Shown in pieces: positions 17,184-26,393 of a stretch of DNA of 52,228 nt. Below the pieces are notes generated by a model. The model had not been told where the DNA came from, made no database searches, and saw nothing but the letters and a program-made list of their open reading frames with translations. Within the stretch, counting starts at the first letter, position 1. Every line of letters begins with the position of its first letter. The stretch spans positions 1 to 52,228 of the forward strand of contig JAWLBL010000040.1 of NCBI GenBank assembly GCA_041687695.1, given 5' to 3'. Origin of the DNA: Myxococcota bacterium (GTDB lineage: Bacteria; Myxococcota_A; UBA9042; PHBI01; JAWLBL01). The position numbers were made by a program, and so were the translations under genes.

Positions 17184-18039
17184 ATGACGCTGCAACCCAT
17201 CCAACCCAGCCCCGACGACGCGCTGGTCCTCGGCGCCGTCGCCTACGACGCCAAGGTGGTCCCCATCTGGGAAGGCTTCCGCGCCTGGTTCGAGACCCGC
17301 GGCCTACTTCGACTTCGTCCTGTTCTCGAACTACGAGCGCCAGGTCGAGGCGCACCTGCGCGGCGAGATCGACGTCGCGTGGAACTCGCCGCTGGCCTGG
17401 ATCCAGGCCGACCGGGCGGCGCGCGCGCAGGGGCGGACCGCGCGGGCCGTCGCCATGCGTGACACCGATCGCGACCTGACCAGCGTGGTGCTGGCGCGCG
17501 CCGATGGCCCGCTGCGCGCCCCCGCCGACCTCGAGGGGCGCCGGGTCGGGGTCGGGGCGGCCGACTCGCCGCAGGCCACGCTCATCCCGCTGCTGGCCCT
17601 GACGGAGCACGGGGTCGAGGTCGAGGCCGTGCGCCACGACCGCCTGGTCGGCAAGCACGGCGACCACGTCGGCGGCGAGCGTGACGCCGTGCGCGCCCTG
17701 CTGAGCGGCGAGGTCGAGGCGGCGTGCATCCTGGACGCCAACCGGCTGGCCTTCGCCCGCGAGGGCCTGTTCGCGCCGGGGGCGCTGCGGGTCGTCACGC
17801 AGACGGAGCCCTACGACCACTGCAACTTCACGGTCATCGGCGACGGGCCGGCGCGCCTCGAGCGCTTCGTGGCGCTGCTGCTGGAGATGTCGTGGGACGA
17901 CCCGGCGGTGAGGCCGCTGCTGGACATGGAGGGCCTCAAGCGTTGGCTGCCCGGGCGGACCAGCGGGTACGCGCAGCTCGAGCGGGCGGTCGACCGGTTC
18001 GGGACGCTGGAGCCGTTCCTGGCGGGCGTCGCCCGGTGA
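17184..18039 (+). pseudogene. PhnD/SsuA/transferrin-type substrate-binding-fold protein, frameshifted near 17305
   Basis: Frame 1 gives LGAVAYDAKVVPIWEGFRAWFETRGL; from 17308 the +1 frame gives FDFVLFSNYERQVEA...AWNSPLAW and continues into MRDTDRDL...DHCNF. Real lesion or sequencing error. Confidence 0.85.
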
Positions 18040-19214
18040 GCGGGGCGCCCGAGGCGGGTGGCCTCGTCGACCTGGGTGATCTGGGCTTCGACGAGGGCGC
18101 CCACCTGCTGGTGCGGCGGGCCCTGGCCGGCGCGGCCGTGGTCGAGGTCCGCGGGTCGGCCCCGAGCCTGGGGGTCGACCTGCCGGCCTGGTGCCGCGCC
18201 CAAGGGCACGCGCCGCGTCGCGTTCCGGGCGGCTTCGTCCTCACGCGCGGCGAGGCGGACCGCTGGCGAGGCGCCGAGCGGGCCGGAACCCCGGAGTCGC
18301 CCTCGGAGCATGCGCCGGCGCGCTGGGGGCTGGCTGCGCGCGGCGCGCTGGTCGAGGCGGGGGCGCCCGAGCTGAATCGGCCGCTCGCGGACAAGCGGAC
18401 GGTGTGGGCCGACGAGGCGGCGAGGCTGTACGCGCAGGCGGCGGCCGCCCAGTGGGACCCGGCGACCGCGATCCCCTGGGACGCGCCGCGGACGCACCCG
18501 CCCGAGGTCGAGGCCGCGGTCGTGCAGGTCATGACCTACCTGGTCGAGAACGAGACGGCGGCCCTGCTGGTCCCGGCGCGGTTTCTTGGGCGGCTGCACC
18601 CGCACTTTCGCGAGGTGATGCAGCTGCTGGCCATCCAGGTCGCCGACGAGGCGAGGCACATCGAGGTCTTTGCGCGGCGCGCCGGGCTCTCGGGCGGGCC
18701 GCTGGGCGGGTCGAGCGCGGGCGGGCAGGCCTCGCTGGCGACGCTGTTCGACGAGCCCGACTTCGCGGTGGCCGGCTTCTTGTTGTCGGTGCTGGGCGAG
18801 GGGAGCTTCCTGTCGCTGCTGTGGTTTCTGCGCGACCACGCGCCGGACGAGTGCACCCGGGTCATCGCGAAGTTGGCGGCGCAGGACGAGGCGCGCCACG
18901 TCGCCTTCGGGCTGGCGCACCTGGGGCGGCATCTGGGCGAGGAGCCGGCGCTGCGGGAGCGGCTGGAGGCGGCCATCGAGCGCCGGCACGCGGCCCTGGC
19001 GCACACGGCCGGGCTGAACGCCGAGGTGTTCGACGCGCTGGTGCTGCTGGCGGCGGGCGACTGGAGCCCCGGCGCGCTGCGGCGCGGGCACGGCGCCGTG
19101 GTGGATCTGCAGCGGGCGATGGACGCCGGGCGGCGCCAGCGGCTGGAGCGGTTGGGGTTCGAGCCCGAGCGGGCGGCGCGGCTGTCGTCGCTGCACACGC
19201 GCAACTTCATGTGA
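18036..19214 (+). CDS. Ferritin-like diiron protein with TusA/SirA-like N-terminal domain
   Basis: GTGA overlap with the upstream stop; DLPAWCRAQGH; diiron ligands ENE, DEARH, EG, QDEARH; ends LHTRNFM. Confidence 0.85.
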   Translation: MSGAPEAGGLVDLGDLGFDEGAHLLVRRALAGAAVVEVRGSAPSLGVDLPAWCRAQGHAPRRVPGGFVLTRGEADRWRGAERAGTPESPSEHAPARWGLAARGALVEAGAPELNRPLADKRTVWADEAARLYAQAAAAQWDPATAIPWDAPRTHPPEVEAAVVQVMTYLVENETAALLVPARFLGRLHPHFREVMQLLAIQVADEARHIEVFARRAGLSGGPLGGSSAGGQASLATLFDEPDFAVAGFLLSVLGEGSFLSLLWFLRDHAPDECTRVIAKLAAQDEARHVAFGLAHLGRHLGEEPALRERLEAAIERRHAALAHTAGLNAEVFDALVLLAAGDWSPGALRRGHGAVVDLQRAMDAGRRQRLERLGFEPERAARLSSLHTRNFM

Positions 19215-19291
19215 CCCGGCGCGCGGGAGAACCACCTCCAGCACGCGGCAGCGCCGGATGCGACCGAACGAGAAGAATGTGCAGTGAACAC

Positions 19292-19320
19292 TTGAGTACC
19301 GAACGGAAGTTCAGTATGAT
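19292..19320 (+). promoter_or_regulatory. sigma70-type promoter with an overlapping LexA-box-like site
   Basis: TTGAGT-17 nt-TATGAT; spacer contains CCGAAC-GGAA-GTTCAG (GAAC-N4-GTTC). Confidence 0.65.
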
Positions 19321-19347
19321 GCGCGCCTTCGCCTGACAGGAGCGCCC

Positions 19348-20730
19348 ATGTGCCAGGAATCCAAGCGTGTTTCCTTGTTCGCGGACTTCACCGTCGAGCA
19401 GCTCGAGGAGATGAAGCGAAGCGACCTCGGTGAGCACATCGCCGAGGCGGCCGCGCATCTGGCTGCGGCCGAGGCGCGCGTTCTGAGGATGCTGGCGGTG
19501 TTCGACCGGCGGTACGGGTGGACCGGCGAGGGGGTGCGGTCCTGCGCGCACTGGCTCAGCTGGCGGTGCGGGATTGGCCTCGTCGCCGCGAGGGAGCGGG
19601 TCCGGGTGGCGCGCGCGCTCGAAGACCTGCCGCGCATCGCCGAGGCCTTCGAGGCGGGCGTCATCAGCTACTCGAAGGTGCGCGCTGTGACGCGGGTGGC
19701 GTGTCCGAAGACCGAGGACTACCTCCTGCAGATAGCGAAGACGGGGACGGCGGCGCACGTCGAGAAGCTCGTCCGAGCGCAGCGCAGGGCGGATGCTCGG
19801 GAGGCGAACGAGGCGGCGAACGAGCGGAGCGGGCGGCGGCGGTTGAGCTGGTTCTGGGAGGACGGGGGCTGCCTCGTCATCAAGGCCGTGCTGCCGCCCG
19901 AGGAGGGGGCGCTCTTTCTCGAGGGGCTCGCTTCCGCGGAAGCGCGTCTTCGCGAGGAGCGGGAGGAGCGGGAGGAGCGGGAGGAGCGGGAGGACGCTTC
20001 CGCGGAATCGTCGGGGGTGCCGCCCGAGTCGGCGAAGGCGCGGAAGGCCGATGCCCTGGTCGCGCTCTCCGAGGCTTGGCTCGCCGCGCCCGCGAGCGCC
20101 GAGCGGGCGCTCAAGGGCGCCGAGCGGCATCAGGTGGTCGTGCATGTCGGGCTCCCTGTGCTGCAGGACGACGCGGGCGAGGGCTGCTGCGCGGTGGAGG
20201 ACGGTCCGGCGCTCGCTCCCGAGACCGCGCGGCGCCTGGCCTGCGACGCCTCGGTCATCAAGGTGCTCGAAGACTCGGTGGGGCAGCCGCTGTCGGTCGG
20301 GCGGAAGACGCGCTCCATCCCGCCGGCCATCTCCCGCGCCCTGCGGCTCCGGGATGGCGGTTGTCGCTTCCCGGGCTGCACGAACCGCCGGTACGTGGAT
20401 GGGCACCACATCCAACACTGGAGTCAGGGAGGCGAGACCAGCCTCTTCAACCTGGTGCTCCTCTGTCGGCACCATCACCGGCTGGTCCACGAGGGCGGCT
20501 TCAGCGTGCAACGTGAAGGGGGCGCGGTCGTCTTCCGGCGCCCCGACGGCACCGTCTTGCCCGTTACGCCGCCGCCCCGGGCCCGGCCAGCGGCCGCGCG
20601 CCGCATCGTCGAGTCGAACGCCGCGTTGGGGCTGGTCATGACGCCGAAGACCGCGTATCCAGGCTGGCGCGGCGAGCGCATGGATCTGGGGATGGCGCTC
20701 GATCCGATTCGGGCGCGTAGAGCGGGCTGA
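19348..20730 (+). CDS. DUF222 + HNH endonuclease protein
   Basis: SCAHWLSWRCG, ERVRVARAL, SYSKVRA, RRLACDA, GRKTR, RDGGCRFPGC, HHIQHWSQGGET..NLVLLCRHHHRLVH. Confidence 0.92.
   Translation: MCQESKRVSLFADFTVEQLEEMKRSDLGEHIAEAAAHLAAAEARVLRMLAVFDRRYGWTGEGVRSCAHWLSWRCGIGLVAARERVRVARALEDLPRIAEAFEAGVISYSKVRAVTRVACPKTEDYLLQIAKTGTAAHVEKLVRAQRRADAREANEAANERSGRRRLSWFWEDGGCLVIKAVLPPEEGALFLEGLASAEARLREEREEREEREEREDASAESSGVPPESAKARKADALVALSEAWLAAPASAERALKGAERHQVVVHVGLPVLQDDAGEGCCAVEDGPALAPETARRLACDASVIKVLEDSVGQPLSVGRKTRSIPPAISRALRLRDGGCRFPGCTNRRYVDGHHIQHWSQGGETSLFNLVLLCRHHHRLVHEGGFSVQREGGAVVFRRPDGTVLPVTPPPRARPAAARRIVESNAALGLVMTPKTAYPGWRGERMDLGMALDPIRARRAG
19929..20012. repeat. Two intragenic palindromes flanking (gaggagcgg)x4
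   Basis: Perfect cgcttccgcggaagcg at 19929-19944; near-perfect gacgcttccgcggaatcgtc at 19993-20012; 9-bp repeat between them encodes EER x4. Confidence 0.8.
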
Positions 20731-20946
20731 GGTTCGCCACAGGAAATGGAGTCCCCTGACACTCGAGAGGACTACCGATGGCCATTTACCACCCAGTGCA
20801 AGGGCGAATGAGTTGTCCGTTCCACGGCCGCGCAGCGCTATTGCATCGGTGACTCGGTTGTGTGGTTCGAGGGCGACCCCAAGACGGCTCGGCCTCCGAA
20901 TGGAGACATCACAGGGGTCGAGTACGACCCGTCCATACCTGGCTAA
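20731..20946 (+). pseudogene. Degenerate REP-like arm followed by a broken small-gene remnant
   Basis: ggttcgcca..ggaaatggagtcccctgacac (20731-20762) resembles the 11238-11308 hairpin; RBS + ATG 20778 MAIYHPVQGRMSCPFHG, then in another frame QRYCIGDSVVWFEG; caggggtcgagt at 20912. Confidence 0.5.
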
Positions 20947-21031
20947 CTGAGCCCGACGGTCTCGTCGAAGACTGATTTCGGTGCGAAACACGGGGGGCAA
21001 GCCATCATCCCAAGGGCGTGGGGACAGGGCC

Positions 21032-21317
21032 GTCACGAGCCGGTCAGGAGGTCAGGCGCGCCTCGAGGGTGATGTCGACGCCCGCGAGGGCCTTCGAGAC
21101 CGGGCAGTTGGCCTTGGCCGCCTCGGCGATGCGCTGGAACTCGCCGGGATCGAGGCCTGGGACGTGGGCCTCGCAGACGAGGTGGCCGTCCTCCGTGCAG
21201 TCCTGGTGCGAACGGGGTGCCTGACCCGTTCCTTGGGCACCGATGGGCCCCGCTGCAAGCCCCCGGGGTCGCGGCTGGGGCGTTGACTGGCGGCAGGGCC
21301 GGGGTAGGGTGCGCCGC
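21032..21317 (-). pseudogene. osmC: Internally deleted second copy of osmC including upstream region
   Basis: 21032-21186 closely matches 15352-15506; 21189-21259 matches 15796-15868, with weaker similarity to about 21317/15928; about 290 bp including the start codon are missing. Confidence 0.9.
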
Positions 21318-21343
21318 AACGGAACAGCGAGCGAGGAGCGAGC

Positions 21344-22330
21344 ATGGAGCGCGTGCGGTTGGGGCGGACGAACGTCGAGGTGCCCATCATCAGCCTGGGG
21401 ACCTGGGGCCACGGCGGGCCGAACGTGGCGGGCGGCAACAGCGTGGGGTGGAGCGGGCACGACGACGCCAAGGCGCGCGAGGCGCTGGTGCGGGCGTGGG
21501 AGCTGGGCATCACGCACTGGGACACGGCGGACGTGTACGGCAACGGGCACGCCGAGCAGCTCATCGGCGAGGTGTTCGGGCGCGTGCCGCGCGGCGACGT
21601 CTTCCTGGCGAGCAAGGTCGGCTACGACCGAGGACCGCACGAGCTGGCCTACGACCCGGCCTGGATGCGGCGTCAGCTCGAGCGGTCGCTGCGCAACCTG
21701 AAGACCGACGTCATCGATCTCCACTACTTCCACCACTGCGACTTCGGCCCCGACGACGCGCGGCTCGAGCCGGCCCTGGCCGAGATGCGGCGCTTTCGCG
21801 ACGAGGGCAAGATCCGCTTCATCGGCCTGTCCGACTGGTCCGACGCGCGCATCATGCGGGTCATCGACCGTGTCGACCCCGACGTGGTGCAGCCCTATCG
21901 CAACCTGACCCACGACTCGTTCGCCGAGTCGGGGCTGAAGGACTGGGCCGAGGCGCACGACGCCGGGCTGTGTTTCTTCTCGCCGCTGCGCCACGGGCTG
22001 CTGCTGGGCAAGTACGAGCGGCCGACGACCTTCCCCGAGGGCGACTTCCGGCGGACCGACGCCGCCTTCGGCGACGCGCAGGTCATCGCGCGGCTGCGGG
22101 ACAACGCCCAGCGGCTGCGCGAACGCTTCGCGGACGACCCCGAGCCGGTGCTGCGGCCGATCGTGGCGGCCCTGCTGGACGACGCGCCGACGGCCTGCGT
22201 GCTGCTGGGCCAGCGGAACGCGCAGCAGGTCGAGTCGGCCGCCCGGGCGGGGCGGCGGCTGACCAACGACGAGGCGGCGTTCGTGCGGTCGCTGTTCGCG
22301 GACCTGCGCGAGGCGCCCGAGGCGGGCTGA
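21344..22330 (+). CDS. Aldo/keto reductase
   Basis: LGRTNVEVPIISLGTW, WDTADVYGNGHAE, ASKVG, SLRNLKTDVIDL, GKIRFIGLS, SPLRHGLLLGK. Confidence 0.95.
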   Translation: MERVRLGRTNVEVPIISLGTWGHGGPNVAGGNSVGWSGHDDAKAREALVRAWELGITHWDTADVYGNGHAEQLIGEVFGRVPRGDVFLASKVGYDRGPHELAYDPAWMRRQLERSLRNLKTDVIDLHYFHHCDFGPDDARLEPALAEMRRFRDEGKIRFIGLSDWSDARIMRVIDRVDPDVVQPYRNLTHDSFAESGLKDWAEAHDAGLCFFSPLRHGLLLGKYERPTTFPEGDFRRTDAAFGDAQVIARLRDNAQRLRERFADDPEPVLRPIVAALLDDAPTACVLLGQRNAQQVESAARAGRRLTNDEAAFVRSLFADLREAPEAG

Positions 22331-23536
22331 TCAGGGCTCGACGTCGGCCGGGGCCTTGGCCTCGACCGGGGCCGGGGCCGGGGGCGCCTCGGGCTCGGGC
22401 GTGCGGAAGGCCGAGGGGGTCAGGCTGAAGGGCAGGATCCTGGCCAGCAGCGGCAGGAGGATCGCGCCGCCGGGCAGGGCGAAGATGGTCAGGGCGGGCA
22501 CCGAGCGGCACAGGTCCAGCAGCTGCTCGTTCATGCGCGCCTGCTCGTCGGGGGTGAGCGGCGTGTGCGCCGACCGGGCGAGCAGCACCAGCAGGTCGCC
22601 GGTCTCGCGCAGCTCGGTCCCGATGGCGGCCAGGTTCTGGCGGACCAGGGCCTCGACGCGGCCATAGCTGAGGGCGGCGAAGAAGGACTCAGGGCGCTCG
22701 GAGTGGGCGGCCCAGGCGGTCAGGGTCTCGACGTGCAGCGCGTCCAGGGCGTCGCCGCCCAGGCCCATCGCGCGGGCGATCGCCTCGACCAGCGGCGCCT
22801 CGGCCTCGTGGGCGACGCCGTCGGCGTGGCCCATCAGCAGCATCAAGCGGACCAGGAGATCTCGCTCGCGGGCGTCGGTCACGCGCGCGGCGAGGTCCTG
22901 CGGGGTCATGGGCTCGGCCAGCGCCAGGTCGACGACGTGCGCGCTCTCGGAAGGAGGCAGGCCGGAGAGGGCCGCGAGGCGCTCGGTCAGGGCGCGCTCG
23001 GCCGGGGCGACCTGGTCGTCGGCCAGGGCGAGGGTGCCGGCGGCGCGGAGCCACAGCCAGCGGCGGTCGAGGCCGTCCTCGTGGAGGTCCTGGACGGCGT
23101 CCGGGGCGAGCGGGCCGTGGGCGAGGGCGTCCTGGAGGGTGGCCAGGTGGGCGAGGTCGGCGTGGGCGCGCAGCGGCCAGACCACCGGGTCGAAGGCCGG
23201 GTGCCAGTCGGTGAGCTGAGGCGGGTGCAGCCGGCGCAGCAGCGCGTCGAGCAGGCTGGCCAGCATGGGCGGCGGGGTCTCGGCCGCGGCCGTGTCGGCG
23301 TCGTCGGGGTGGGCGGCGAGGGCGTCGGCCAGGGTCGGGTCGCCGGCGAAGAGGGCCAGGAGGCGGGCGCGGGCGACGGGGGTGGCGGCCCGGAGCAGGG
23401 CGGCGAGGCCGGTGACCAGGCGGGCGAAGGCGTGGGCCTGGCCCTGGGCGGCCCCGGCGGCGGCGACGGCCTGGGGCAGCGTCGAGGCGTCTTCGGAAGT
23501 GTGGTCGCGGAGCGCGGGCCAGAACCAGGTCAGCAT
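22331..23536 (-). CDS. TerB-like / LETM1-related domain protein
   Basis: Two TerB-like repeats (LADDQVAPAE, HADGVAHEAE) and C-terminal ELRETGDL...QLLDLCRSVPALTIFALPGGAILLP..LTPSAF. Confidence 0.75.
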   Translation of the reverse strand: MLTWFWPALRDHTSEDASTLPQAVAAAGAAQGQAHAFARLVTGLAALLRAATPVARARLLALFAGDPTLADALAAHPDDADTAAAETPPPMLASLLDALLRRLHPPQLTDWHPAFDPVVWPLRAHADLAHLATLQDALAHGPLAPDAVQDLHEDGLDRRWLWLRAAGTLALADDQVAPAERALTERLAALSGLPPSESAHVVDLALAEPMTPQDLAARVTDARERDLLVRLMLLMGHADGVAHEAEAPLVEAIARAMGLGGDALDALHVETLTAWAAHSERPESFFAALSYGRVEALVRQNLAAIGTELRETGDLLVLLARSAHTPLTPDEQARMNEQLLDLCRSVPALTIFALPGGAILLPLLARILPFSLTPSAFRTPEPEAPPAPAPVEAKAPADVEP

Positions 23537-23540
23537 CCGC

Positions 23541-25010
23541 TCAAGGTGACGGGCGGGTCGCCGGTCTGTCAAGCCGGCGGCGGAGGAGCGCACGGGCCAG
23601 GGCGGCGGCGGCGGCGGCGACGAGGCACCAGGCGAGGGGCTCGATCATCATGCGGAAGCGCATGTTCTCGCCGAGTTCGAAGAGGACGCCGACCGCGAAG
23701 ACGTAGGCGATGGTGGACGCGACGAAGAGGCGGGTGACGGCGCGGGGGCGGGCGGAGGGGTCGCGGAGGCCGCGGGCGCCGGTCCACAGGGCCCACAGGG
23801 TCGCGGCGGCGGCGAGCAGGGCGGAGAGCCAGCCGGCGCGGCGGGCGAGATCGGTGAGGTCGTCGGGGTCGGGGCGGCCGGGGGGAGCGCCGGGGACGCC
23901 GTAGAGGGTGTCCCAGGGGGTGACGAGGGGGTGGAGGCGGCCGCGGTTGGGCTCGAGGAAGGCGTAGTCCCACGGGGGGCGGGCGAAGAGGAGGGCGGCG
24001 CGGGCGACGGAGCGGGCGTAGTGGGCGGGGCGGGCGGCGATGAGGCGGCGGGCGTCGGCGAGGTAGGCGCGGGAGATGGGGATGTAGGCGTGGTGGTTGT
24101 AGTTGGTGGCGCCGGTGGACTTGGTGGGGGCGGTGAGGGCGGGGTGGGGCGGCAGGTGGGCGGGGAGGGCGAAGGCGTCGGGGGCGGCGTCGGCGTAGGC
24201 GGCGAGGGGGGAGAAGGGGACGTGGACGGAGACGGGGGAGAGGAGGCCCTGGTCGGCGAGGTGTTGGCGCTCGGCGGGGGGGAGCGGGTGGGTGGTGAGC
24301 TTGGCGAGGTTCATGCCGAGCCAGGTGCTGCCGGCGGGGGCGCCGAAGAGGGCGGCGTTCTTGACGAAGACGAGGGCGACGAGGGCGAGGGGGGCGGCGG
24401 CGGCGAGGGCGGCGCGGCGGCGGGGGGGCGGGTGCAGGGCGAGGGCGAGGGCGGACCAGGCGAGGAGCCACAGGGGGTGGAAGGCGCCGCGGGTGAGGAC
24501 GACGGCGGACAGGGCGCCGATGAAGGCGGCCGTGGCGAGCGGGGTGGGGCGGGTGGCGAGGCGGTGGAGCTGGACGGCGGCGACGGTCAGGAGGGCGGCG
24601 ACGGGCCAGGTGTAGAAGAGCCAGGCCTCGTACAGGAGCGAGGCGGGGGTGAAGGCGAAGGCGGCGGTGACGGCGAGGGCGGCGGCCGGGCGGACGGAGA
24701 GCCGGGTCATGAGGGCGGTCATGGCCAGGTGGAGGGCGAGGCCGAGGAGGTGGAAGACGGCGCTGAGGAGGGCGGGGGCGGCGGGGCCGCCGAGCTTGAG
24801 GGAGAGGCCGACCAGGGCATTGAACAGGGGCGGCTGGCTGTGCAGGAGCCAGAGCGAGCGGCCGAGGTCGTGCTGGAGCAGCGCGGGGTCGAGGAGCTGC
24901 CAGTAGGTGTCGATGGGGCTGGCGTCGAAGGCGACGCCGTGCGCCAGCGCGTACAGGCGCGAGAGCAGGTAGGCGAGGGCGGTCCCGACGAGCGCGGTGC
25001 GGGGCGACAT
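23541..25010 (-). CDS. Polytopic membrane protein, GT-C (PMT/ArnT-like) glycosyltransferase-like
   Basis: About 11 hydrophobic segments, LHSQPPLFN, LYEAWLFYTWP, GENMRFR. Confidence 0.7.
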   Translation of the reverse strand: MSPRTALVGTALAYLLSRLYALAHGVAFDASPIDTYWQLLDPALLQHDLGRSLWLLHSQPPLFNALVGLSLKLGGPAAPALLSAVFHLLGLALHLAMTALMTRLSVRPAAALAVTAAFAFTPASLLYEAWLFYTWPVAALLTVAAVQLHRLATRPTPLATAAFIGALSAVVLTRGAFHPLWLLAWSALALALHPPPRRRAALAAAAPLALVALVFVKNAALFGAPAGSTWLGMNLAKLTTHPLPPAERQHLADQGLLSPVSVHVPFSPLAAYADAAPDAFALPAHLPPHPALTAPTKSTGATNYNHHAYIPISRAYLADARRLIAARPAHYARSVARAALLFARPPWDYAFLEPNRGRLHPLVTPWDTLYGVPGAPPGRPDPDDLTDLARRAGWLSALLAAAATLWALWTGARGLRDPSARPRAVTRLFVASTIAYVFAVGVLFELGENMRFRMMIEPLAWCLVAAAAAALARALLRRRLDRPATRPSP

Positions 25011-25129
25011 GCAACGGACTGTAATGCTTGGAGGGCCCGGGAGGCCCCTGCTTTTCTTGGCGGGCGCTGGAGCGGCGCTACGATGAGGGGCGTGTCGAGC
25101 GCTCCCTCCGCAACCGCGAGTCCGCCGCC

Positions 25130-26347
25130 GTGACCGTGACGTTGGCCCAGCATGCCTTGCGCTTCGCGACGACGCTGCTCGCGTTGGGGGCGGCGTGGTT
25201 CGTCGCGAGCTCGGCTGGGCTGGCGGGCGGCTGGGGGGCGTTGGTGCCGACCGCGCCGGTGGCTGCGTTGGCGGCGGCGATGCTGTTGGCGGCGCGGTTT
25301 CGCAAGGAGCGGATCTTCCTGGCGCTGGTCGTGATCGGCGCCTGGACCGTCCCGATGACGCTGGGGCCGGCGGATCTGGCGGCGGTGCATTGGGCGGCCG
25401 TGGTGGTGCCGCTGTCGCTGGCGGTGCTGGCGTGGCTGCCCGAGGCCGAGCTGACCGGGCCGTGGGGGCTGGTGCGGCTCGCGGCGGCGGTGGGGCCGGC
25501 GGCGGCGCACGCGTACGCGCCGCATTGGGGCGCGGGTGGGCTCGAGGCGTTGCTCGAGGCGACCGGCTGGCCGGAGGTGGCGACCGCGCTGGCGCCGTAC
25601 ACGCCGTTGCCGCCGGTGGCCGTCGCGACGGCCGTGGGGGCGGCGCTGGTGATCGCGGCGCGCGGGATCACGGCGCGTCGGCCGGTCGCCGGCCCGTCGA
25701 TCGGGCTGCTGGCGGCGGCGGTGCTGGCCGTGCACGTGGCGCCCGACCCGGCGGCGGTGTCGGCCTTCCTGACCGCTGCGGCCCTGGTGTGCGTGGTGAC
25801 GCTGGTGCAGACGTCGTGGCGGATGGCCTACGTCGACGAGCTGACGGGGCTGCCGGGGCGGCGGGCGCTGGAGGAGGCGCTGGACCGGCTGGGGCGGCGC
25901 TACGCCGTCGCGATGGTGGATGTCGACCACTTCAAGAAGTTCAACGACACCTACGGCCACGAGGCGGGCGACCAGGTGCTGCGCATGGTGGGCGCCAAGC
26001 TGCGCGCCGTCGAGGGCGGTGGTCGCGCGTATCGCTATGGCGGCGAGGAGTTCACGGTCGTGTTCCCGGGGGCGGAGCCGCGCGAGGTGGTGCCGGCGCT
26101 GGAGGCGTTGCGTCAGGCCATCGAGGCGGGGCCGTTCGTCCTGCGCGGCCCGGAGCGGCCGGCGCGCAAGCGGCAGGGGCGGCTGGTGCGGGGCGTCGGC
26201 GGCGGCAAGACGGTGCGCGTGACGGCGTCCATCGGCGTGGCGGGGCGCGTGGCGGCGACGCGAGATCCGCGCGAGGTGGTCAAGGCCGCCGACAAGGCGC
26301 TGTACCGGGCCAAGAAGAAGGGCCGCAACCAGGTCTGCGCGGGCTGA
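25130..26347 (+). CDS. Membrane-bound diguanylate cyclase (GGDEF)
   Basis: Multi-TM N-terminus; DELTGLPGRR, DVDHFKKFNDTYGHEAGD, RYGGEEF, ADKALYRAKKKGRN; start approximate. Confidence 0.93.
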   Translation: MTVTLAQHALRFATTLLALGAAWFVASSAGLAGGWGALVPTAPVAALAAAMLLAARFRKERIFLALVVIGAWTVPMTLGPADLAAVHWAAVVVPLSLAVLAWLPEAELTGPWGLVRLAAAVGPAAAHAYAPHWGAGGLEALLEATGWPEVATALAPYTPLPPVAVATAVGAALVIAARGITARRPVAGPSIGLLAAAVLAVHVAPDPAAVSAFLTAAALVCVVTLVQTSWRMAYVDELTGLPGRRALEEALDRLGRRYAVAMVDVDHFKKFNDTYGHEAGDQVLRMVGAKLRAVEGGGRAYRYGGEEFTVVFPGAEPREVVPALEALRQAIEAGPFVLRGPERPARKRQGRLVRGVGGGKTVRVTASIGVAGRVAATRDPREVVKAADKALYRAKKKGRNQVCAG

Positions 26348-26393
26348 CATCGAACGGGAGGCATCGAGCCGCGCCTTGGGGTAGGTTGGCCGC

